Source: Anthoceros angustus
Taxonomy: Eukaryota; Plantae; Anthocerotophyta
NCBI GenBank assembly: GCA_010909165.1
Contig: VJWM01000019.1
Location: 124,001-188,000 of the forward strand
DNA length: 64,000 bases
Direction: 5' to 3'
Shown here: in pieces, positions 1-11,392 of the stretch
How the letters are laid out: the number at the start of each line of letters is the position of its first letter
How positions within the stretch are numbered: position 1 is the stretch's first letter
Made by a program: the position numbers and the translations under genes
The notes under the pieces: model-generated
Databases searched by the model: none
What the model was told of the DNA's origin: nothing
The model's input: only the letters and a program-made list of their open reading frames with translations

Positions 1-495
1 GATAGATCTGTAGGCTAGGTGTTCTCCATAAAGTACTTCAAGTGTTTTCTGTGATGACAGGCACCACCCTGTCAGTTCCTGGTCGTGGGATGCTCGTGGC
101 AGTGGGCCGGAAAAGGTTCTCTGGACACGAAGAATGTCCTGGATGCTCCAGCTGGAGCCTGCTCATTGGAGAAAACAGGGCAAGTAAAGGAAAGCCAAGC
201 ATTCACCACTGTGCAACCGTGACCATATGCAATGCACCCTCCATCAGTCGTTAGTGTCCTAGCTAGGACCAGAACAGTCCAGAATTAGTGAAAAATGCTT
301 CAGGACAGAGGTTGCTAAGCGCTCAAACACTCTTTGTGGGAAACGTGTCTTCCATCCATTCCCACCAGTCAGTTCAAGCCAAACAAAACAGCGGTGGATG
401 CACAGGCAAGATCTGGAGTGACACATCTGGAGTCAACTGAGCATCCGGAAGGCGAAGGTGCGGACATTTGACATGGCAATCAATCTCCTTTCACG

Positions 496-1092
496 ATGTT
501 ACCTGATCGTGAGTCGCCAAATGCAATTCCTGCAGGAGTCCCAGCAACAAGAAGCATGTGCCGCCGGGCCCGGTATGCGGCGGGGCTAGCAGTGGCTTTG
601 GCGGTCTGCATGATAGCACCTTCAGTGGACGCATCCGACCCCGAGCTGACGGCTGACTTGGCGGCACCCGGAAGCCGAAGGTGGTGGACGGCAACTACTT
701 CACGTTCAAAGGCTTCCGCGACTTCGCAGCTGAGCAAGGATCCTTCGGCTTTCCAAGGCGAATCTGGATGTGTTCCAGCTTTGCATGGGCTTGACGTGTC
801 CTTCACCATCTTGGAGTACTACCCGAACACCACAGATCCAGTGCACGCACCCTCGCGGCACCGAGCTCCTGTATGTCATCGCGGGCACGCTGGAGGTCGG
901 GCTGGTGGACACCAACGCCACTCTCTACACTCAGACTCTGCAGCAAGGTGATGTCTTCGTGTTTCCCAAGGGTTTGCTGCACTACCACGTTAACTTATCA
1001 GAGGAAGTGGCAAGGTCAATTGCGGCCTACAGCAGCTCCGACCCCGGAACACTGCCGCTCACCAAAGCCCTATTTGCATCTGGTCTCCAAAG
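496..1092 (+). pseudogene. Germin-like protein copy 1, frameshifted and 3'-truncated
   Basis: Same sequence as 3924-4525 with single-base deletions. HPRGTE and GDVFVFPKGLLHY lie in shifted frames. Homology ends after gcatctggtctccaaaga. Confidence 0.9.
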
Positions 1093-1098
1093 ACAAAG

Positions 1099-2094
1099 CT
1101 GGAGTTGCTCACAGGCCAGAAGGCCATTGACAGGCAGCAGCACCCGGATGGAGACGCCAACCTTGAGCAGATGCAGGTGAGGAACTCTTATCCCACTCCC
1201 GATGTCTCACTCCTCTTCCTGCTCCTGCTCCTGGAGGTTGACCGGCTTCATCCGTTGGTGCTCAAATCCCAGATCCTTAATACAGGATGGCCAGATTTCC
1301 GCAATTCTGGATCCCCGCATCCTGGAGGAGACCGTCGGCAAACGGAGTCCATTTGCAAGCTGGGCAACATCGCTGAGATCTGCGTGCGTGAGTCGCAGAA
1401 GGAGGCCAACAATGAGGCAAGTGGCATCCTGGATAGAGCAGCTGGTGCAATCTCTTTCCGGGCTACGGCACTCCTGGACTTCGATATTGAATCTGAAACT
1501 TTCGACAACCCGCTGGTTTCCAACATCGGCCGTGGGATGGGCAAGTCTCAAAGTGTGGTCTTCAGGGATGGGGCAGCCATGAAACATATCCCAGGTAACG
1601 TGCGCGTGAATTCCCGCAGAAATCCATCAGAGAACACCATTCCCGAGGTCCCCGACGAAGGCCTCACAACCAGCAGCGCAGATGACTCAGGCCGGGAGAC
1701 TATGGAAACCCAGCGATCTAAGCATGCTGCTGCACCGGCCCCTTGTAATGCTCCGGGCATTTGCAACCTAGGGGTGCCTAACCCCCCAGCTCCTACATCG
1801 AGCGACAGGACTGCAAGTCCGGAGCTGTCCCCGAACGCAGCCAACGCTTCCAGCGCGGAAAGCGCAGTCAGCCTCCCTTCACGAAGTCCTCCCATCCCGG
1901 ATGCAACCAAGACCGTGTCACACTCGGGTCCACTACTCGGTGCTGCTCCAAAATCCAAAGCCTTCCCTCAACCACCCAGGCCTGGCCCTCTTACTGCATT
2001 GAGACCAACTCTTACCATAACCAGACAATCGTTTCCAGCAGTTGATGTTCCTGCAAGGATCATCTATTCAGGATTCAACCCTGCCAAGAGCTAA
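1099..2094 (+). pseudogene. Receptor-like protein kinase C-terminal fragment (subdomains IX-XI) plus Ser/Pro-rich tail
   Basis: Stitched frames read LELLTGQKAIDR..NL, SLIQDGQISAILDPRI, ESICKLGNIAEICV and RRPTMRQVASWIEQL, typical of plant RLK/Pelle kinase C-lobe ends. No N-lobe or catalytic loop is present. Confidence 0.8.
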
Positions 2095-2127
2095 AGGACC
2101 TAGTAAAGCCTACCAGTCGAACGCAGT

Positions 2128-2194
2128 GTGGGTAGATCTGTAGGCTAAGTGTTCTCCATTGAGTGGATAGATCTGTAGGCTAGGTGTTCTCCAT
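2128..2194 (+). repeat. 35-bp-period direct duplication at the cassette boundary (also ~3394-3460)
   Basis: gtgggtagatctgtaggctaagtgttctccat followed by gtggatagatctgtaggctaggtgttctccat. Confidence 0.9.
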
Positions 2195-2655
2195 AAAGTA
2201 CTTCAAGTGTTTTCTGTGATGACAGGCACCACCCTGTCAGTTCCTGGTCGTGGGATGCTCGTGGCAGTGGGCCGGAAAGGTTCTCTGGACACGAAGAATG
2301 TCCTGGATGCTCCAGCTGGAGCCTGCTCATTGGAGAAAACAGGCAAGTAAAGGAAAGCCAAGCATTCACCACTGTGCAACCGTGACCATATGCAATGCAC
2401 CCTCCATCAGTCGTTAGTGTCCTAGCTAGGACCAGAACAGTCCAGAATTAGTGAAAATGCTTCAGGACAGAGGTTGCTAAGCGCTCAAACACTCTTTGTG
2501 GGAAACGTGTCTTCCATCCATTCCCACCAGTCAGTTCAAGCCAAACAAAACAGCGGTGGATGCACAGGCAAGATCTGGGTGACACATCTGGAGTCAACTG
2601 AGCATCCGGAAGGCGAAGGTGCGGACATTGACATGGCAATCAATCTCCTTTCACG

Positions 2656-3360
2656 ATGTTACCTGATCGTGAGTCGCCAAATGCAATTCCTGCAGGAGTC
2701 CCAGCAACAAGAAGCATGTGCCGCCGGGCCCGGTATGCGGCGGGGCTAGCAGTGGCTTTGGCGGTCTGCATGATAGCACCTTCAGTGGACGCATCCGACC
2801 CCGAGCTGACGGCTGACTTGGCGGCACCGGAAGCCGAAGGTGGTGGACGGCAACTACTTCACGTTCAAAGGCTTCCGCGACTTCGCAGCTGAGCAAGGAT
2901 CCTTCGGCTTTCCAAGGCGAATCTGGATGTGTTCCAGCTTTGCATGGGCTTGACGTGTCCTTCACCATCTTGGAGTACTACCCGAACACCACAGATCCAG
3001 TGCACGCACCCTCGCGGCACCGAGCTCCTGTATGTCATCGCGGGCACGCTGGAGGTCAGGCTGGTGGACACCAACGCCACTCTCTACACTCAGACTCTGC
3101 AGCAAGGTGATGTCTTCGTGTTTCCCAAGGGTTTGCTGCACTACCACGTTAACTTATCAGAGGAAGTGGCAAGGTCAATTGCGGCCTACAGCAGCTCCGA
3201 CCCCGGAACACTGCCGCTCACCAAAGCCTTCCCTCAACCACCCAGGCCTGGCCCTCTTACTGCATTGAGACCAACTCTTACCATAACCAGACAATCGTTT
3301 CCAGCAGTTGATGTTCCTGCAAGGATCATCTATTCAGGATTCAACCCTGCCAAGAGCTAA
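2656..3360 (+). pseudogene. Germin-like copy 2, frameshifted and fused in frame to the end of the kinase-fragment tail
   Basis: ORF 2929-3360 reads ...DPGTLPLTKA|FPQPPRPGP...; the junction is at the shared 8-mer ccaaagcc. Confidence 0.9.
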
Positions 3361-3923
3361 AGGACCTAGTAAAGCCTACCAGTCGAACGCAGTGTGGGTA
3401 GATCTGTAGGCTAAGTGTTCTCCATTGAGTGGATAGATCTGTAGGCTAGGTGTTCTCCATAAAGTACTTCAAGTGTTTTCTGTGATGACAGGCACCACCC
3501 TGTCAGTTCCTGGTCGTGGGATGCTCGTGGCAGTGGGCCGGAAAGGTTCTCTGGACACGAAGAATGTCCTGGATGCTCCAGCTGGAGCCTGCTCATTGGA
3601 GAAAACAGGCAAGTAAAGGAAAGCCAAGCATTCACCACTGTGCAACCGTGACCATATGCAATGCACCCTCCATCAGTCGTTAGTGTCCTAGCTAGGACCA
3701 GAACAGTCCAGAATTAGTGAAAATGCTTCAGGACAGAGGTTGCTAAGCGCTCAAACACTCTTTGTGGGAAACGTGTCTTCCATCCATTCCCACCAGTCAG
3801 TTCAAGCCAAACAAAACAGCGGTGGATGCACAGGCAAGATCTGGAGTGACACATCTGGAGTCAACTGAGCATCCGGAAGGCGAAGGTGCGGACATTTGAC
3901 ATGGCAATCAATCTCCTTTCACG

Positions 3924-4655
3924 ATGTTACCTGATCGTGAGTCGCCAAATGCAATTCCTGCAGGAGTCCCAGCAACAAGAAGCATGTGCCGCCGGGCCCG
4001 GTATGCGGCGGGGCTAGCAGTGGCTTTGGCGGTCTGCATGATAGCACCTTCAGTGGACGCATCCGACCCCGAGCTGACGGCTGACTTGGCGGCACCCGGG
4101 AAGCCGAAGGTGGTGGACGGCAACTACTTCACGTTCAAAGGCTTCCGCGACTTCGCAGCTGAGCAAGGATCCTTCGGCTTTTCCAAGGCGAATCTGGATG
4201 TGTTTCCAGCTTTGCATGGGCTTGACGTGTCCTTCACCATCTTGGAGTACTACCCGAACACCACAGATCCAGTGCACACGCACCCTCGCGGCACCGAGCT
4301 CCTGTATGTCATCGCGGGCACGCTGGAGGTCGGGCTGGTGGACACCAACGCCACTCTCTACACTCAGACTCTGCAGCAAGGTGATGTCTTCGTGTTTCCC
4401 AAGGGTTTGCTGCACTACCACGTTAACTTATCAGAGGAAGTGGCAAGGTCAATTGCGGCCTACAGCAGCTCCGACCCCGGAACACTGCCGCTCACCAAAG
4501 CCCTATTTGCATCTGGTCTCCCAAAGATAGCGTTGGAGTTGGCTTTCAAGGTTCCTGCGTCGGTGATCGATCAACTCCAAGCTCCCTGGCAAGAGGATAC
4601 CATTGTCACCACCGCCGAGGCCTCCACATGTGTATGCTCCTCCTACTCTTGGTAG
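3924..4655 (+). CDS. Germin-like protein (cupin superfamily), intronless, with signal peptide; translation may start at the second Met (~3984)
   Basis: Hydrophobic leader AAGLAVALAVCMIAPSVDA, then SDPELTAD and VDGNYFTFKG. Germin box B HTHPRGTELLYV and box C GDVFVFPKGLLHY supply the three His and one Glu metal ligands. C-terminal helix LELAFKV..IDQLQ. Confidence 0.95.
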   Translation: MLPDRESPNAIPAGVPATRSMCRRARYAAGLAVALAVCMIAPSVDASDPELTADLAAPGKPKVVDGNYFTFKGFRDFAAEQGSFGFSKANLDVFPALHGLDVSFTILEYYPNTTDPVHTHPRGTELLYVIAGTLEVGLVDTNATLYTQTLQQGDVFVFPKGLLHYHVNLSEEVARSIAAYSSSDPGTLPLTKALFASGLPKIALELAFKVPASVIDQLQAPWQEDTIVTTAEASTCVCSSYSW

Positions 4656-5470
4656 ATTCGTTGTGCGCGCTTCTCGTTTCGCAAAGCAACAGGCACTACT
4701 CGTGGCAAACTCAACATGGAATGTGATTTGGTGTTTTGGTTAGTCCATTCACAAGGGTAGAGGGGCCTCTGGGATGAAAGTAGTTGAATAGTTAAGCCCA
4801 GCCATATTATTTAGATATATGTTAAATTTAAAACCACATGGCAAGCCTTTGATGCGGGTCCATGGTAAATCGGCCCCATCTTGACCGAAATTATTTGAAT
4901 ATGTTTTGGTTAGAAGAAGAAGAAGAAGAATTTTATTTAAGTCCACTAGGGATGGATTTCCGTCATGGGACTTGGTACTTCACAACTTGTACCATGGTGT
5001 GCCTAAGCTACTTGCACCAAGGGCATCCACTCCTTTAGGCACCCCATCTAAGTACCGATCCAAGATCGGGATGCTTAATCACGGCGTCCTTATAAATGTG
5101 TGTCCATTTGGCCTAAGCCATTTGGACCACATGCCAAGCGTCATGCATGTACATATATAATCAGCTAGGTGTGGTGGCCCCACCTTCACAAGGGCAGCTA
5201 GGCAACCACTCCACGCACGATGCGACAAGGAAGGACACTTGTGCCCATCAAAGTAACCCATTTTTAAGGACGCTTATGGTGTCCATGATGGACCGGCTCG
5301 AGGGTAGCTTGGCGCATTGATACGGTGACTCGTAGATCTTACTAGAGATTAGATAATCATAATTTTTAGGTTAATTAAATTGGGATCTAACAAGGAATGT
5401 AAGCTATGTACGTGTTGTATGCAAAGTCGGGAAGAACAGGGGTTCCGTCGAATGGGACCAAGAATGACTC

Positions 5471-5623
5471 GGACCATGTTATTGCACTATTGTTATAGCA
5501 TTGTAACACCTAGGTTACACTCATTTTCCGACCTTAGACCCATGGCAAATGATGTTGCAGTTAGGAAAGGTAGCATCAAAATGTTATAAGCACCATAACA
5601 TGGTCCTAGATTTTCTAGTAGTG
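5471..5623 (+). mobile_element. CACTA-like right terminus with subterminal inverted repeat (in every unit except unit 3)
   Basis: ttttctagtagtg at 5611-5623 is the reverse complement of CACTACTAGAAAA. 12-bp inverted repeat ggaccatgttat (5471-5482) / ataacatggtcc (5595-5606). No intact left TIR seen. Confidence 0.5.
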
Positions 5624-8600
5624 TAGTGACGAGCTCGTTTCAAAACCGTTCTAGACATCACTTAATATAGTCGTTTACCATACTATTTCGTAGTTTCAGC
5701 ATCATTCTGGAACTAAGACATGAGAGGTAATATACATATAATATTAATTAATCCATGACCAAAAATTAATCTATTTCATATTGTCATATTTATGTGAAAT
5801 TGAAGAAAACAACTCGAGTCATGATCTTTTATCTTGAGAAATGCATGCAATTTGTCCTATATATGTGTTGCAAGCTTAAGGGTATGATGGATTTGGAGAT
5901 TATTGGAAGGTAATTATTTTGGTGCATGATGGATAGGAAGATAAATAGTTATATTAATTAAGTTCATGCATATTGGTCATAAGTTAATCATTATGTTTTC
6001 TTCTCGAAAAATATTGCTCATAGGCTAGCTAGCTAAAAGTTTCGAGTTCTAGATCGAATGCAAGCATGTTTGTTCACATTGAGGTTTCTTTTATTCATGT
6101 GTTTGGAATTAGTTTGCGTGCAAGTTGTTTTATGTGTAAATTGGAATATATAAGGTGCTCATTGATGAAGCATAATTTAATATGGTCTTTTGGTTATATG
6201 CAGGATTGTCTATTCTTATACTTTCATCATGATGAATCACCGGATGTTGCGCGACGTATAATTTCGCTTTGATGCAGGGTCCATGGTAAATCAGCCCCAT
6301 CTTGACCGAAATTATTTGAATATGTTTTGGTTAGAAGAAGAAGAAGAAGAATTTTATTTAAGTCCACTAAGGATGGATTTCCGTCATGGGACTTGGTACT
6401 TCACAACTTGTACCATGGTGTGCCTAAGCTACTTGCACCAAGGGCATCCACTCCTTTAGGCACCCCATCTAAGTACCGATCCAAGATCGGGATGCTTAAT
6501 CACGGCGTCCTTATAAATGTGTGTCCATTTGGCCTAAGCCATTTGGACCACATGCCAAGCGTCATGCATGTACATATATAATCAGCTAGGTGTGGTGGCC
6601 CCACCTTCACAAGGGGCAGCTAGGCAACCACTCCACGCACGATGCGACAAGGAAGGACACTTGTGCCCATCAAAGTAACCCATTTTTAAGGACGCTTATG
6701 GTGTCCATGATGGACCGGCTCGAGGTAGCTTGGCGCATTGATACGGTGACTCGTAGATCTTACTAGAGATTAGATAATCATAATTTTTAGGTTAATTAAA
6801 TTGGGATCTAACAAGGAATGTAAGCTATATCGTGTTGTATGCAAAGTCGGGAAGAACAGGGTTCCGTCGAATGGGACCAAGAATGACTCGGACCATGTTA
6901 TTGCACTATTGTTATAGCATTGTAACACCTAGGTTACACTCATTTTCCGACCTTAGACCCATGGCAAATGATGTTGCGAGTTAGGAAAGGGTAGCATCAA
7001 AATGTTATAAGCACCATAACATGGTCCTAGATTTTCTAGTAGTGTAGTGACGAGCTCGTTTCAAAACCGTTCTAGACATCACTTAATATAGTCGTTTACC
7101 ATACTATTTCGTAGTTTCAGCATCATTCTGGAACTAAGACATGAGAGGTAATATACATATAATATTAATTAATCCATGACCAAAAATTAATCTATTTCAT
7201 ATTGTCATATTTATGTGAAATTGAAGAAAACAACTCAGTCATGATCTTTTATCTTGAAATGCATGCAATTTGTCCTATATATGTGTTGCAAGCTTAAGGG
7301 TATGATGGATTTGGAGATTATTGGAAGGTAATTATTTTGGTGCATGATGGATAGGAAGATAAATAGTTATATTAATTAAGTTCATGCATATTGGTCATAA
7401 GTTAATCATTATGTTTTCTTCTCGAAAAATATTGCTCATAGGCTAGCTAGCTAAAAGTTTCGAGTTCTAGGCGAATGCAAGCATGTTTGTTCACATTGAG
7501 GTTTCTTTTATTCATGTGTTTGGAATTAGTTTGCGTGCAAGTTGTTTTATGTGTAAATTGAATATATAAGGTGCTCATTGATGAAGCATAATTTAATATG
7601 GTCTTTTGGTTATATGCAGGATTGTCTATTCTTATACTTTCATCATGATGAATCACGGATGTTGCGCAAGGACGACAATTTCCTCGTTTGATGCTTCAAA
7701 GAATGAATTGCCTTTATTGCAGCCAAATGAAACTTGGGAGGGGCTCCCATATGCACCGCACCATTTCCAAGCAAGGATGATGTATGGAAAAGGGTCATAA
7801 CGAGTCATCACACACTTGCAAAGAATATTTATAAGGATTTTATCAATCCGTGTCTCTTATAGCACCAATTGGGTTTCTTAACCGAGCAACATCCCGGAGT
7901 TCACTAGTAGGCGCAATTGAAGACTTATGGTGTCCATGATGGACCGGCTCGAGGGTAGCTTGGCGCATTGATACGGTGACTCGTAGATCTTACTAGAGAT
8001 TAGATAATCATAATTTTTAGGTTAATTAAATTGGGATCTAACAAGGAATGTAAGCTATGTACGTGTTGTATGCAAAGTGGAAGAACAGGGGTTCCGTCGA
8101 ATGGGACCAAGAATGACTCGGACCATGTTATTGCACTATTGTTATAGCATTGTAACACCTAGGTTACACTCATTTTCCGACCTTAGACCCATGGCAAATG
8201 ATGTTGCAGTTAGGAAAGGGTAGCATCAAAATGTTATAAGCACCATAACATGGTCCTAGATTTTCTAGTAGTGTAGTGACGAGCTCGTTTCAAAACCGTT
8301 CTAGACATCACTTAATATAGTCGTTTACCATACTATTTCGTAGTTTCAGCATCATTCTGGAACTAAGACATGAGAGGTAATATACATATAATATTAATTA
8401 ATCCATGACCAAAAATTAATCTATTTCATATTGTCATATTTATGTGAAATTGAAGAAAACAACTCGAGTCATGATCTTTTATCTAGAAATGCATGCAATT
8501 TGTCCTATATATGTGTTGCAAGCTTAAGGGTATGATGGATTTGGAGATTATTGGAAGGTAATTATTTTGGTGCATGATGGATAGGAAGATAAATAGTTAT

Positions 8601-8873
8601 ATTAATTAAGTTCATGCATATTGGTCATAAGTTAATCATTATGTTTTCTTCTCGAAAAATATTGCTCATAGGCTAGCTAGCTAAAAGTTTCGAGTTCTAG
8701 GCGAATGCAAGCATGTTTGTTCACATTGAGGTTTCTTTTATTCATGTGTTTGGAATTAGTTTATGCAAGTTGTTTTATGTGTAAATTGGAATATATAAGG
8801 TGCTCATTGATGAAGCATAATTTAATATGGTCTTTTGGTTATATGCAGGATTGTCTATTCTTATACTTTCATC

Positions 8874-10257
8874 ATGATGAATCACGGATGTTGCGCAAGG
8901 AGACAATTTCCTCGTTTGATGCTTCAAAGAATGAATTGCCTTTATTGCAGCCAAATGAAACTTGGGAGGGGCTCCCATATGCACCGCACCATTTCCAAGC
9001 AAGGATGATGTATGGAAAAGGGTCATAACGAGTCATCACACACTTGCAAAGAATATTTATAAGGATTTTATCAATCCGTGTCTCTTATAGCACCAATTGG
9101 GTTTCTTAACCGAGCAACATCCCGGAGTTCACTAGTAGGGCGAATTGAAGACTTATGTGAAAGAGCATTATCCGGAGATGCAAGATTATGCCCATGAGTT
9201 TATTAATTCCTTTCAAAGGAGAGTACCAAATCCAAACTCACATGCAGGAAAATTGGTGACGAGTGCAACTTATGACCACCCTTGCATCCTTTTAGGAGCT
9301 TGACACAAGACCAAGCCGAGGCGATCATGCAATCTAAGAACTTGAGAGATGCCAATCCTACAAACCTGTACTCTCTGCATCCGCCATTGCAATGACTTCC
9401 AATTTACTTGAGAACGATGAATCCTGGTACCCTTCCCGTTGAGGATACTAAGCAACATCAAGCTGGTTCAATCAATGGTGAAGATCTACTTGCGGCGGTG
9501 ATGTGTCGCCAAAAGGCTAGAAAACTTGAAGTCAATGCCTCTTCTAAGAAAAACTTGAAGTCAATGCCTCTTCTAAGAAAACTCGAAACCTAGAGTCAAC
9601 GTAGATTCGACTTTTGAATTACCTTCTAATGCGGCTCAACAAGGACTTTGTTTCAAGTTACTAGATGATGGTATTTCACCTCATATGTCTCTAGAGAGCT
9701 TTCCTCCCATTTCAAAAGATGGTTTGTGTGGTTCTTCTCAAGAGAGGGTGGAAGAACTTGAAGCCAACATAGGTTCAACTTTTAGATTTGCTTCTAATGC
9801 GGTTGAAAAGATGATGCTTCCCGCTTAGCAAATGATGATTTTCCAACCTCTCATACGCCTCGAGAGCTTTCCTTCCATCTCGAATATAGTTTGTGTGGTT
9901 GTTCTCCAAAGAAGGTGGAAGAACATGAGGTCATTATAGGATCGACATGAATATCCTACTACTGCGACTCAAGAAGGCAATGGGGTCAAGTTACAAAATG
10001 ATGGTTCTCCAACTCGTCGCCTCATCCGAGTCCTTCCATGCTAGAAGGTTTGTTACAAGATGGTGCATCTCTTTCTACTCTAGATCACCAGACAGTTTCA
10101 CTTGCTTCCACTATAGATAATGCTTTTAGAGAAGGTTTGGCAGCACATGTTGAATCTTATGCTGCAATCTAATGGTGAGTCAAATTCTTGCCTTTCGGAG
10201 GATGTTTTCTCGCCTAATTCCTCTTTTGATGATATCTTTAGGAATTTTCATGATTAA
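8874..10257 (+). CDS. Array orphan gene A, unit 1 (frameshifted as assembled; partial extra copies start at 6229 and 7645)
   Basis: Stitched frame MMNH..ISSFDASKNELPLLQPNETWEGLPY..KEHYPEMQDYAHEFINSF..FDDIFRNFHD*. Preceded by a tgcag acceptor. Paralogous to B. Confidence 0.55.
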
Positions 10258-10638
10258 TTAGTATGTAACCGGTTATATGATGTATTTCAACTTTCTTTTA
10301 ATATATGAAAATATTCTAAACAAGTTGGTCAAGCTATGATAAACAAAAGAATTTAGAGTTTTGCATCCAGAAGGACCCAAACAATTCATCACACCACCTT
10401 ATAAATAGAACTATATACCATAAGTTCCCAACATCATAATATGAGTAGAAGTACCGCCTACATAAAAGTTGATTGCAGATGTGAGTTTGGCCCAAAATTA
10501 TGTATAAACCAAAGATAAGTATTGTAGTATGTACTTTGACAACTTCGTCTATGCCACTTCCGCCACACATGTACATATTCTTTGGGCGTTGGAAATCTGG
10601 GAAATTGTAGTGTCACAGAGAGGTGTCGGGTAGTGGCT

Positions 10639-11392
10639 ATGGCGGAGGAGGCAAAAGTGGTGGTGTTCTCGCATGCACAGCCCGCCTCGCGTGTGAGGCT
10701 AGCTCGCGCCAAGGCCATTCCTTCCGTATCGAAGTGGTTGATCTTCGCAAAGAGCATCGATTCACGCCCGCTTCAACCGCCTCAACCCCTTACGTAGGTG
10801 CGATCCACGGCCATGGGCGGCGCCGCCATCCCGACTCCAACGCCCAGCAGACTGGAGGAGCGCTTCGAGCCGCCTCCTCCCCATGACCTCGGCAGCGCGG
10901 CGGTGCGCGGGTCGCCGTGGTGTCGGGATCTAGCCCTTCCAACGGCAGTCCGCCAGAGGTCACCGCCCGGAGGGGAGCAGGCTGGCCTAGGCTCGGCTTC
11001 GTCCGGGAGGGCTTCGCCGCTGGAACGCATGGTGGCGAGGCGGGAGGTTTTGCTTGAGGATGAGGTGACCTCGGGCGGCGGCGAGTCGCCGTCGTGGTGT
11101 CGGGATCTAGCCCTTCGAGCGGCTGCTGCTGAGGTCCGGGAGGGGAGCAGGCTGGCCTAGGCTCGGCCTTCCGGGAGGGCTTCGCGTTGGAGCATGGTGG
11201 CGAGGCGGGAGGTTTTGCTTGAGGATGAGGTGACCTGGCGGATGTGGTGTTGATCCCGCAGTTTACAATGCGAGATTGTTCGAGGTGGATATGGAGAACG
11301 AGGCCACAAGTCCTTCTTGCGAAGCCGTTGGCAAAAGGGCAAGGGTGAAATATTATGTTGGAAGAATCATAACTATGGCTTTTTCTTCTTGA
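10639..11392 (+). other. GC-rich island with putative ORF C (MAEEAKVVVFS...), unit 1
   Basis: Sharp GC rise inside an AT-rich unit. ATG in good context (gctATGG) is conserved in all units. Frame is unstable between copies. Confidence 0.35.

Larger units (their letters stand above)
1..4702 (+). repeat. Three-copy direct tandem duplication of a germin-like cassette (units start at 1, 2166, 3432)
   Basis: The string gatagatctgtaggctaggtgttctccataaag recurs at 1, 2166 and 3432. The following ~1 kb is near-identical in all copies apart from 1-2 nt indels. Confidence 0.95.

Noticed and set aside
1105-2094. 329-aa ORF as a functional standalone gene
   Set aside because: Non-ATG start; it switches between kinase frames and lacks the kinase catalytic subdomains.
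4906-5160. ORFs MVRRRRRRILFK.. / ..LEEEEEEFYL repeated in each unit
   Set aside because: They arise from a short (GAA)n microsatellite, have non-ATG starts and show no domain signal.
9521-9580. 29-bp tandem duplication in gene A of unit 1
   Set aside because: Private to one copy and frame-disrupting; likely slippage or consensus error.
10596-10612. ctgggaaattgtagt, resembling the animal ZNF143/THAP11 promoter motif
   Set aside because: The context is plant (germin, RLK, Athila-like element); most likely coincidence.
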